Shown: piece after piece, positions 1 through 8,470 of the stretch
How the letters are laid out: each line of letters begins with the position of its first letter
Numbering within the stretch: the first letter of the stretch is position 1
Assembly (NCBI GenBank): GCA_050015395.1
Contig: JBEKBM010000022.1
Coordinates: 1-52,779 of the forward strand
Source: Candidatus Bathyarchaeia archaeon
Lineage (GTDB): Archaea > Thermoproteota > Bathyarchaeia > Bathyarchaeales > Bathycorpusculaceae
Reading direction: 5' to 3'
Length of the DNA stretch: 52,779 bases
Translations under genes and position numbers: made by a program
The notes under the pieces: generated by a model
Told to the model about the DNA's origin: nothing
The model's database searches: none
The model's input: the letters and a program-made list of their open reading frames with translations, nothing else

Positions 1-2
1 GA

Positions 3-1736
3 GCTGGAGAAATCTCAACCGAAGTAAACGTAACATACTTCTCAAGACTGCAAACTGAAACCGAGGAAGTTCATGCTAACTGTGACGAAGGCAGAGTTAG
101 GCGTCCACTCATAATTGTTGAGAATGGAGCGTCAAAACTTCAGCCTAAACATTTTGAAAAGATTGGTTTAGGCGAGTGGACTTGGGAAGACGTAGTCAAG
201 AACGGTTTAATTGAGTATTTGGACGCTGAAGAAGAAGAAAACGCTTACATCGCCTTAACGTTCGACGAAATTAAACCAGAAAACACTCATGTGGAAATAG
301 CTACTTACACGATTCTTGGAATTTGCGCCTCAACAATCCCGTATCCAGAACACAACCAGTCGCCTCGTAACTCATACCAGGCAGCTATGGCTAAACAAGC
401 GCTGGGCGTTTATTGCACCAACTTCCACCACCGCGTTGACTCACGTTCACACATACTTCACTACCCGCAAGTGCCGATGGTTGAAACGGAACTAATGGAA
501 GTCATGGGTTACAAGCAACGCCCCACAGGACAAAACTGCGTTGTCGCCGTGCTCAGCTTCGAAGGCTACAACATGGAAGACGCCTTAATCTTCAACAAAG
601 CATCTATAGAACGTGGCTTAGCCAGATCCACTTTCTACCGAATTTATGAAGCTGAATGCCGCCAATACTTGGGCGGATTAAAAGACAAGTTCACGGTTCC
701 AGAGCCTGGAACTCGTGGTTACCGCGGCGAACAATATTACAGGCTTTTGGAACCTGACGGGATAATCAGTTTAGAATCTCAAGTTGTCGGCGGGGACGTA
801 TTAATCGGAAGAATTAGCCCGCCCAGATTCTTGGAAGAATACAAAGAATTTGAGGTTAAAGGTCCATCAATGCGTGATACATCAGTTGACATGCGTCCCT
901 CTGAAACAGGAATCGTGGACGGCATATTCATAACGATGTCAGGCGAAGGCAGCCAACTTGTAAAAGTAAGAGTGCGTGATCAGCGAGTCCCGGAGCTCGG
1001 CGACAAATTTGCTTCACGCCACGGACAAAAAGGAGTTATAGGCTTAATTGTTCCGCAAGAGGACTTGCCCTTTACTGATGACGGTATGGTGCCTGACCTA
1101 ATAATCAACCCGCATGCTATACCTTCAAGAATGACCATCGGCCAATTCATCGAATCCCTAGCTGGAAAAGCTGCATCGGCACGAGGAAGACCAGCAAATG
1201 GCACACCATTCTCAAACGAAGGGCCCACTGAGGTGCGTAAGAGCCTGGTAAAGCTTGGTTACAGCCATACTGGAAGCGAAGTCTTTTACAATGGCACCAC
1301 AGGCGAAAAGTTCGTTGCAGACGTCTTCGTCGGCGTAGTCTATTATCAGAAACTTCACCACATGGTTGCTGACAAAATACACGCCAGAGCCCGCGGTCAA
1401 GTCCAGATGTTAACAAGGCAACCCACTGAAGGCAGAGCCAGAGGCGGGGGTCTCAGATTCGGAGAAATGGAACGAGACTGTCTCATCGGACACGGCGCAG
1501 CAATGCTGCTCAGGGACAGATTGCTGGAAGAGTCAGACAAGTACACGCTCTACATCTGTGAGAACTGCGGTCAAATCGCTTACTTCGACATGAAACAAAG
1601 ACGCTATGTCTGCAGGATATGTGACGAAAAAGCAAAGATTTCACCCGTAATCGTCTCGTACGCTTTCAAGCTTCTATTACAGGAGCTTCAAAGCCTATGC
1701 ATTACACCAAAATTAAGACTTAAGGAGAAGGCGTAA
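3..1736 (+). CDS. rpoB: DNA-directed RNA polymerase subunit B (Rpo2), 5' truncated by window edge
   Basis: Frame is open from position 3 (...NCDEGRVRRPLII...) into the 219..1736 ORF. Motifs GDKFASRHGQKG, NPHAIPSRMT, RFGEMERD and C-terminal Zn ribbon CENC..CRIC. Confidence 0.98.
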   Translation, partial: AGEISTEVNVTYFSRLQTETEEVHANCDEGRVRRPLIIVENGASKLQPKHFEKIGLGEWTWEDVVKNGLIEYLDAEEEENAYIALTFDEIKPENTHVEIATYTILGICASTIPYPEHNQSPRNSYQAAMAKQALGVYCTNFHHRVDSRSHILHYPQVPMVETELMEVMGYKQRPTGQNCVVAVLSFEGYNMEDALIFNKASIERGLARSTFYRIYEAECRQYLGGLKDKFTVPEPGTRGYRGEQYYRLLEPDGIISLESQVVGGDVLIGRISPPRFLEEYKEFEVKGPSMRDTSVDMRPSETGIVDGIFITMSGEGSQLVKVRVRDQRVPELGDKFASRHGQKGVIGLIVPQEDLPFTDDGMVPDLIINPHAIPSRMTIGQFIESLAGKAASARGRPANGTPFSNEGPTEVRKSLVKLGYSHTGSEVFYNGTTGEKFVADVFVGVVYYQKLHHMVADKIHARARGQVQMLTRQPTEGRARGGGLRFGEMERDCLIGHGAAMLLRDRLLEESDKYTLYICENCGQIAYFDMKQRRYVCRICDEKAKISPVIVSYAFKLLLQELQSLCITPKLRLKEKA

Positions 1737-1737
1737 C

Positions 1738-4700
1738 ATGTCAACGGAAGAATTAATCCATAAAATAGTTGATGAAATCTCATTCGGTTTAATTTCACCC
1801 AAAGACCTCCGTAAACAATCAGTCGTTGAAATCCAAACCCCAGACACCTACGACGAAGACGGCGCACCCATCACCGCCGGCTTAATGGATGGCAGACTAG
1901 GCACACTTGAGCCAAGGCAAAGGTGCAGAACATGCGGCAACACAGCTATTCGCTGCCCGGGACACTTTGGACACATCGAACTAGCCGTACCAATCGTACA
2001 TATAGAATTCACAAAAATTATCTTCGACCTTTTGAAAGCCACCTGCCGCAGCTGCGGTCGCATACTCTTACCTGAAGGTTCCGAAGGTCCTGCAAAAGAC
2101 ACAAGCCTTGATGGAAGGATGACCGTTAAAAAGGCGCATGCCCGAATCGAACGGTACAACGAGCTCTTAGGCACAATTCCAGATGAAGTTTACAAGGAAA
2201 TAATGACTGAAATAAAAGCTAAACAATGCCCCTACTGTGCCTCCGCTCAGTACAAGATTACATTTGAAAAGCCAACAAAGTTTATTGAGCAGACTGAAGC
2301 AGGCTCCGAGCCATTGACACCCAGCATGATTCGTGAAAGGCTTGAACGCGTTTCAGACGAAGACCTTGAAATCTTGGGTTTCAACCCGAAAGTTGCACGC
2401 CCAGAATGGATGGTCCTGCAGGTTTTGCCTGTACCCCCAGTTTACGTTCGCCCATCAATCACTTTAGAATCAGGCATCCGCTCTGAAGACGATTTAACCC
2501 ATAAACTAGTGGACATCATTCGCATTAATCAGCGTCTGAAAGAGAACATGGAAGCAGGTGCACCTACGCTTATCATTCAAGACCTTTCTGAGCTTTTGCA
2601 GTACCATGTTACCACGTACTTTAACAATGAAGCCTCAGGCATTCCGCCGGCAAGGCACCGCAGTGGCAGAGCATTAAAGACTCTCTCGCAAAGGCTTAAG
2701 GGAAAGGAAGGTCGCTTTAGAAGCAACCTTTCAGGCAAACGAGTTGACTTTTCAGCCCGTACCGTTATCTCTCCTGACCCGAACCTTGACATTAACGAGG
2801 TTGGCGTACCAGTAGATGTTGCCATGCGGTTATCTATTCCAGAAAAAGTCACAGCATGGAACATTGACGAACTGAAGAAACTCGTAATTAACGGTCCAGA
2901 AAACTATCCTGGCGCATTATACATTATTAGGCCAGATGGCAAGCGCATTAGGCTAGAATTCGTTGTTGACCGAACCAAAATCTCTGAAGCTGTAGAGTTA
3001 GGATTCGTAGTTGAACGGCACCTCAAGAACGGTGACATTGCAATCTTTAATCGGCAGCCTTCACTTCACCGCATGTCAATTATGGCTCATTACGTGCGGG
3101 TTTTGCCGTACAAGACCTTCCGCCTCCACCTCTGCGTTTGCCCACCTTACAACGCTGACTTTGACGGCGACGAAATGAACCTTCATGTTCCACAAAGCGA
3201 AGAAGCACGAACCGAAGCACTTCTGCTAATGCAGGTTCAAGACCAAATCCTCTCACCTAGATTCGGCGGACCCATCATCGGTGCAATAAGGGACTTTATT
3301 ACAAGCGCTTACTACTTCACTCGAAAAGGAAACTACCTGACCAGAGGCGAAGTTAACAGGCTACTTACCACAACAGAATACGTTGGGGAACTACCAGAAC
3401 CAGAAATTAAGGAGCCGCAACCCATGTGGTCAGGCAAACAAATATTCAGCCTGTTCCTGCCAAAAACGTTGAATTACGTTCTTAAAGCTAACATTTGCCA
3501 AGGCTGTACAAAATGTGAAGAGGAAGCATGCAAGCACGACGCTTATGTAGTGGTCAGAAATGGCCAGTTAGTCTCAGGCGTTATCGACCGGCGCTCTATA
3601 GGTGCTGAGCAATCTGAAAGTCTCCTTCACAGAATAATCAAAGACTATGGCACCCAAGCAGGACGAGAATTCCTCAACAATATAACTCATCTGCTAAAAC
3701 TATACATTTCAATGCGAGGATTCAGCTACACCTACGATCAACTTGTTCTCTCGCCGAGAGCCCGCAATCGCATGGCAAAGACCATGGAACGTATCCAAAA
3801 GAAAATCGATGAACACATTGAAAACTTCCGAAACGGAACCCTCCCGCGCTTGCCAGGACAAACCTTAGAGGAATCCTTCGAAATCTACGTCATGCATGAA
3901 CTTGCCACAGCCAGAGACGAATCAGGCAAAATAGCAGACGAAGACTTCACACTAGAAAACGCGGGTATCGTCATGACCCGAACAGGCGCAAGAGGTTCAA
4001 GCTTAAACATTGGCCAAATGGCTGCTTGTGTTGGGCAACAATCAGTGCGAGGCAAACGTATCATGCGAGGCTACGCTGGACGAGCGCTGCCCCACTTTGT
4101 TGATGGCGATCCAAGTCCACGAGCAAGAGGCTTCGTTTATAACTCTTACCAGACAGGTTTGGACGCCATTGAATTCTTCTTCCATGCTATGGGTGGCAGG
4201 GAAGGTCTAGTTGACACTGCCGTTCGCACTCAACAGAGCGGTTACATGCAGCGCAGGCTAATCAATGCTCTAGAGCATATTCGTTTGGAATACGACAGCA
4301 CGGTACGTGATTCAGCCGGCGACATCATTCAGTTTAGGTATGGTGAAGACGGTGTTGACCCTGCTAAAAGTGACCATGGCAAAGCGGTAAACGTAAGCCG
4401 ACTCATTGACCAAATAAAAATCGGTGAAGAAAAAGGTGAAGCAGCATCTGCTGAGGAAATTAAGAAGCAGTTGAAACGCGTTGACGGTCAGCTTACGCCG
4501 ATTTTGATGACTCAGCTTAAACAAAACTTCGCGAAGAACAAGCTTACCAAGAAAAGTGTTGAAAAAGCCACAACCTCGACTGCTGAGCAATACAAGCGTG
4601 CTTTGATGGAGCCTGGTGAAGCAGTAGGAATTGTTGCTGCTCAATCAATAGGTGAACCGGGTACACAGATGACTCTTAGAACCTTCCACTATGCTGGTGT

Positions 4701-5613
4701 CAAAGAACAAAACGTTACCTTAGGCTTACCAAGGCTTATCGAAATCGTGGATGCACGTAGGATTCCGTCTACGCCAATCATGACCGTCTACTTAAAGGGT
4801 GAAGCTGCGAAGAGCAAAGAGGGCGCTGTTGAAGTCGCAAGGAACATAATTTACACTTCAGTTGAAAACTTGGCTTCAGCAATCTACGAAGACCCTGTGC
4901 GCGAAGAAATCGTTATTGAATTAAGCAAGTCAATGATGGATGACAGAAATATAACAATGGATGAGCTGAAAGAGCGGTTGGAATTGCAAAATGCAACAGT
5001 TACAATTACTGATTATACAGTGCAGATTAAGCCGAAAAAAGCTGAGCAACTGAAGAGGATGTTAACAAAGATTCCAGGTTTTCAAGTTAAAGGTGTACCG
5101 GACATTAAACGTGTGCTGGTTACTGAAGAAAGAGGAGAATGGGTAATACGCACTGACGGCTCAAACTTGTCTAAAGTCTTAGAAGTTCATGGTGTGGACA
5201 CTTCACGAACAAGCACCAACAACATTCACGAAATAGCTAACACTCTCGGTGTGGAAGCATCAAGAAACGCGTTAGTCAACGAGGCAAAAGGCGTCTTGGA
5301 AGACCAAGGCTTAGATGTTGATGTACGCCACGTTATGCTCGTAGCAGACATGATGACTACAACTGGCGATGTGCAGCAAATCGGCAGGCATGGCATTAGC
5401 GGCAAGAAAGCAAGTGTTTTAGCCAGAGCAGCATTCGAAATTACAGTGCCTAACATTGTTGAGGCGGCTGTGAAAGGTGAAATTGACCCGTTGGCAGGTG
5501 TAACAGAAAACGTTATAGTCGGGCAGTCGATACCAATCGGTACAGGCTTAGTTGAATTGTACATGTCAACATTTGATAAACAAGCTAAACAAGGAGGAAA
5601 AACAGAAGCATGA
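1738..5613 (+). CDS. rpoA1: DNA-directed RNA polymerase largest subunit Rpo1, A' and A'' fused in one ORF
   Basis: Catalytic NADFDGD, clamp Zn motifs, and A''-type GEPGTQMTLRTFHYAG and ARAAFE all lie in a single 1291-aa ORF. Confidence 0.98.
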   Translation: MSTEELIHKIVDEISFGLISPKDLRKQSVVEIQTPDTYDEDGAPITAGLMDGRLGTLEPRQRCRTCGNTAIRCPGHFGHIELAVPIVHIEFTKIIFDLLKATCRSCGRILLPEGSEGPAKDTSLDGRMTVKKAHARIERYNELLGTIPDEVYKEIMTEIKAKQCPYCASAQYKITFEKPTKFIEQTEAGSEPLTPSMIRERLERVSDEDLEILGFNPKVARPEWMVLQVLPVPPVYVRPSITLESGIRSEDDLTHKLVDIIRINQRLKENMEAGAPTLIIQDLSELLQYHVTTYFNNEASGIPPARHRSGRALKTLSQRLKGKEGRFRSNLSGKRVDFSARTVISPDPNLDINEVGVPVDVAMRLSIPEKVTAWNIDELKKLVINGPENYPGALYIIRPDGKRIRLEFVVDRTKISEAVELGFVVERHLKNGDIAIFNRQPSLHRMSIMAHYVRVLPYKTFRLHLCVCPPYNADFDGDEMNLHVPQSEEARTEALLLMQVQDQILSPRFGGPIIGAIRDFITSAYYFTRKGNYLTRGEVNRLLTTTEYVGELPEPEIKEPQPMWSGKQIFSLFLPKTLNYVLKANICQGCTKCEEEACKHDAYVVVRNGQLVSGVIDRRSIGAEQSESLLHRIIKDYGTQAGREFLNNITHLLKLYISMRGFSYTYDQLVLSPRARNRMAKTMERIQKKIDEHIENFRNGTLPRLPGQTLEESFEIYVMHELATARDESGKIADEDFTLENAGIVMTRTGARGSSLNIGQMAACVGQQSVRGKRIMRGYAGRALPHFVDGDPSPRARGFVYNSYQTGLDAIEFFFHAMGGREGLVDTAVRTQQSGYMQRRLINALEHIRLEYDSTVRDSAGDIIQFRYGEDGVDPAKSDHGKAVNVSRLIDQIKIGEEKGEAASAEEIKKQLKRVDGQLTPILMTQLKQNFAKNKLTKKSVEKATTSTAEQYKRALMEPGEAVGIVAAQSIGEPGTQMTLRTFHYAGVKEQNVTLGLPRLIEIVDARRIPSTPIMTVYLKGEAAKSKEGAVEVARNIIYTSVENLASAIYEDPVREEIVIELSKSMMDDRNITMDELKERLELQNATVTITDYTVQIKPKKAEQLKRMLTKIPGFQVKGVPDIKRVLVTEERGEWVIRTDGSNLSKVLEVHGVDTSRTSTNNIHEIANTLGVEASRNALVNEAKGVLEDQGLDVDVRHVMLVADMMTTTGDVQQIGRHGISGKKASVLARAAFEITVPNIVEAAVKGEIDPLAGVTENVIVGQSIPIGTGLVELYMSTFDKQAKQGGKTEA

Positions 5614-5921
5614 TAGATATAGATAAAGCGTTAGCGACAGCAGTGAAAACTGGCAAAGTGTCCTTTGGAGCCAACGTTGCATTGCAGAACGCTAAAACTG
5701 GCAAGGCTAAGATGATAGTTTTAGCCTCTAACTGTCCAAAAGACATAAAAGAACAGATAGAGTACTATGGAGAAATCTCTAAAGTCCCTGTGATGACGTA
5801 CAAAGGTGGCTCAATGGATTTAGCGGAAGTCTGCAAGAAACTCTTTATTATATCAGCCTTAAGCATTAGAGAAACTGGGGACTCAGAAATTCTCAAAATA
5901 ACCGAAGAAGTTAAAGAATAA
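5610..5921 (+). CDS. rpl30e: 50S ribosomal protein L30e
   Basis: AVKTGKVSFG...LASNCP...TGDSEIL motifs; canonical position after rpoA. Confidence 0.96.
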   Translation: MIDIDKALATAVKTGKVSFGANVALQNAKTGKAKMIVLASNCPKDIKEQIEYYGEISKVPVMTYKGGSMDLAEVCKKLFIISALSIRETGDSEILKITEEVKE

Positions 5922-5938
5922 AAAATGGAGGAAAAAAA

Positions 5939-6376
5939 CTGACAACCGGCATAAAAATCACCTGCGACGAAATGCGTTACATAGCATTGTTTGAAAGCGT
6001 AAGCGGCGCCAGCGTGAAAGACTGCATAATCGACGAGGAACAGGAACGAGCAATATTCATCGTCAACCAAGGCCAAGTGGGCGTTGCCATAGGAAAAGGC
6101 GGCAGAAACATCCACACTCTCGAGCGAATGACGGGCAAAAAACATGAAATCATCGAGTACAGCGAAGACCCAGTTCAATTTATAAAAAACGCCCTCAAAC
6201 CAGCAGCAGTCAGAGAAGTACGCGTCACGGAACGAACTGATGGCAAAAAGATGGCAGTCATCACCGTCAACCCGAAAGATAAGGGCGTCGCAATAGGCAA
6301 GAACGGCAAGAACGCCGAGCGTCTACGCTTTTTAGCAAAACGCTATTTCGACATTCAGAACGTAAGCATCACCTAA
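5939..6376 (+). CDS. nusA: Archaeal NusA (KH-domain transcription factor)
   Basis: Two KH motifs (AIGKGG, AIGKNG). The conserved N-terminus IKITCDEMRYIALFE starts upstream of the ATG at 5972, so the start is placed at an in-frame CTG (5939) after GGAGG. Confidence 0.93.
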   Translation: MTTGIKITCDEMRYIALFESVSGASVKDCIIDEEQERAIFIVNQGQVGVAIGKGGRNIHTLERMTGKKHEIIEYSEDPVQFIKNALKPAAVREVRVTERTDGKKMAVITVNPKDKGVAIGKNGKNAERLRFLAKRYFDIQNVSIT

Positions 6377-6383
6377 GCAGTCC

Positions 6384-6432
6384 AATACAGGTTGACTAGG
6401 CGATGAAACGTCGCTGAATCAAGTCTTGTATT
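6384..6432 (+). other. Imperfect stem-loop immediately 3' of nusA
   Basis: aatacag..ttga..gcgat-gaaa-cgtcgc..tcaa..ttgtatt pairs over about 49 nt. Confidence 0.5.
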
Positions 6433-6539
6433 CCTCAGTCTAATTAGTAAACAGCATAACTTATGCCTGAACATCGAAGGCATTTACCCACTAATGTATG
6501 ACAAGCTTTTATTGTCACTTCGTTGATGTTTTATCAGGG

Positions 6540-6763
6540 ATGGTAAGGTTGAAGTTCGTAGTTATTGTCGAAAAGGATGACGAGGCTACTATGTTGCCTC
6601 TGTTCCTGAGCTTTCTGGGTGTCACACGCAAGCAAAAACTCTTGATGAGTTAATGGTGCGAGTTAAGGAAGCTATTGAGGCGTATCTAGAAGCTGAAGGG
6701 TACGAACCAAAAGAGGGCGTTGAACTAGTTGGCCTTCAGTCCGTCGAAGTATCTGCAGAGTGA
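6540..6763 (+). pseudogene. hicB: HicB-family antitoxin, frameshifted
   Basis: Frame 1 gives MVRLKFVVIVEKDDE. A shifted frame continues GYYVASVPELSGCHTQAKTLDELMVRVKEAIEAYL...SAE*, the HicB consensus. One base is missing near 6583-6586. Confidence 0.85.
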
Positions 6764-6819
6764 GTTTAACGCCTTTACCTGATAAAAAAGTGCTGAAGAG
6801 TGTGTATTTAGGGTTTTAG
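6760..6819 (+). pseudogene. HicA-like toxin N-terminal remnant
   Basis: GTG overlaps the hicB stop (GTGA) and reads MSLTPLPDKKVLK, like a HicA N-terminus. It then runs into the dispersed repeat and stops; there is no GSH motif. Confidence 0.55.
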
Positions 6820-6918
6820 TCCGAGTAGTTGTTGTTATGCTTTTAGCATTCTTATTTCAATAGTAAATAGCACCCGTCCTCCCCTTTCTGGAAGAGCTTG
6901 TTTTGGATTGCTTTTTTG
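6801..6918. repeat. Dispersed intergenic repeat, copy A
   Basis: 6833-6918 matches 45884-45969 with 5 mismatches in 86 nt; both copies start with tgtgtatttag. Confidence 0.9.
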
Positions 6919-7025
6919 AATTTAAGCTTGAACCGTTTGCAGGTTGAGTCAATAAAAGTGTAAAAAAGTGCAGAAAAGTTGTTTAGAGGGGCGCTTAGTC
7001 CGCTCATAAACATTGAAGTTTTAGG

Positions 7026-7676
7026 CTACTCGTTTTCTTGTTCTTCTTCTTCCGAGGATTCTTCCTGTGGTTCAGCGGTTTCTGCTTTTTGCGCGTCACT
7101 TGAGAGTAGCATGTTGATTAGCGCTTTCTGGTCAACTTCTGCCCTTGTTCTCCAATCTAGAAACATTTGTCCATTATCATCTTGTCCTAGGTAGCCGTAG
7201 CGAATGTACCTTTCGATGTTTAAGCCAACTTTCCAGTTTGGCATTTTCTCGGCAAGGAGTTTTTCAACGTCTTTTCGTGCTGCTTGCCCTTTCTTGCTGA
7301 TTATATAAGAGATTGTTATGGCTAAGCCTGCTAAGTCGTCAATGCGCCAACCCATCAACTTATCCTTTGTAGCCAAGTCTCCTCGTAAAGTGACATAGAA
7401 TCTTGCTTTGTCAAGCTCCTCTAAGGTTGGCTTTTCTGGAGTTTTCTCCTCTTCAAAAATCGTTTTTACCTGCAGATTCAGCGGTTTTAGGTAATCGTCA
7501 AGTAAATCAAGCACTTTAGGGTAATCTGAACCTAACGCTTTACGCAGTTCCCAACCTTTAACGCCTGGTTTCTGGTGGCGCTTGTAGAAGAGCATCTGCG
7601 TTGCTTTCTTGATTTTGCTGCCGTAAACGCCTTTTCTCTTGCTCAATCCAATTCGCCTCTTTTCCATTTCTGCCAA
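7026..7676 (-). CDS. Putative kite (tandem winged-helix; ScpB/Nse1-Nse3-like) subunit
   Basis: 216 aa with two apparent wHTH segments (GWELRKALG...LNLQV; RKDVEKLL...YIRYGYL...FLDWRT) and an acidic tail. Third gene of the SMC operon. Confidence 0.6.
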   Translation of the reverse strand: MAEMEKRRIGLSKRKGVYGSKIKKATQMLFYKRHQKPGVKGWELRKALGSDYPKVLDLLDDYLKPLNLQVKTIFEEEKTPEKPTLEELDKARFYVTLRGDLATKDKLMGWRIDDLAGLAITISYIISKKGQAARKDVEKLLAEKMPNWKVGLNIERYIRYGYLGQDDNGQMFLDWRTRAEVDQKALINMLLSSDAQKAETAEPQEESSEEEEQENE

Positions 7677-8470
7677 TCTTCACATGAGACGGCGATGGCA
7701 ACCGATGTTGATTGTTGAGTTAAAATCTCCGTTTTCGGTTTGTCGAAGGGTTTTATGAAAACTAGCTCTTCTAACCTGTCAATCTCCAGCGTTGCGTAAC
7801 CGTAAGTAACAAGAAAACTCGTTAAGAAAGCTCTTTGAACTGTTTCTTCGTAAGTGTCAGCTCCAATAAAATCCCAATAATTGATTTTTCCATCCTGTCC
7901 TTTCTTAACAACGCACTCTCTGAGTTCTTGCCAGTAACAATTCAGTTCCTCAGAAAATTCCCTGTCACCTAAGACTCCCTGCTTAATCAGTTCGTCCCTG
8001 CTTGCAAAACCCATCGAAACCTCAGCGGCATCAAGGTCTTTCCATCTTTCACTAAGAGGAGCCAACGCTTCCCAATAGAGCAATCCCTGTGCTAAAGTGT
8101 TGAGGCTGATTTGTTCAAACTCGATTAGTGGATTCCAAGCTTTAAGAAAAACGTTAACCATCTCTTGCTTGCCAATTTGCAGGATTTTCTCTTCCAACAA
8201 AAACGGGTCAGTATAAAGCGAAGTTGACCGTTGCTTAACCCATTCACTCTGCAATTTAATAACCGAAGCTAAGTGGTGAAGTGTTTCAGCGTCTAGTTTT
8301 AACTCGTCAGGGTGTTCCCAATGCGGGAAATACTCTCTAACTATTTTGATTATTTCGTCAATATTTAGTGTGAAGGGGTCTGCTGTGTGGTTTTCGATGG
8401 CGATGCACATTTCAATTATGCGTTCAAGCTTTTCTTTGCCTAGCGCCTTTTGTTGTTTTATTGACTGCAT
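7643..8470 (-). CDS. Putative kleisin (ScpA/Nse4-like)
   Basis: N-terminal DPFTLNIDEII...LASVIKLQSE resembles the ScpA N-terminal helical domain. C-terminal FLTSFLVTYGYATLE resembles the kleisin wHTH. Translationally coupled to the SMC gene. Confidence 0.65.
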   Translation of the reverse strand: MQSIKQQKALGKEKLERIIEMCIAIENHTADPFTLNIDEIIKIVREYFPHWEHPDELKLDAETLHHLASVIKLQSEWVKQRSTSLYTDPFLLEEKILQIGKQEMVNVFLKAWNPLIEFEQISLNTLAQGLLYWEALAPLSERWKDLDAAEVSMGFASRDELIKQGVLGDREFSEELNCYWQELRECVVKKGQDGKINYWDFIGADTYEETVQRAFLTSFLVTYGYATLEIDRLEELVFIKPFDKPKTEILTQQSTSVAIAVSCEDWQKWKRGELD

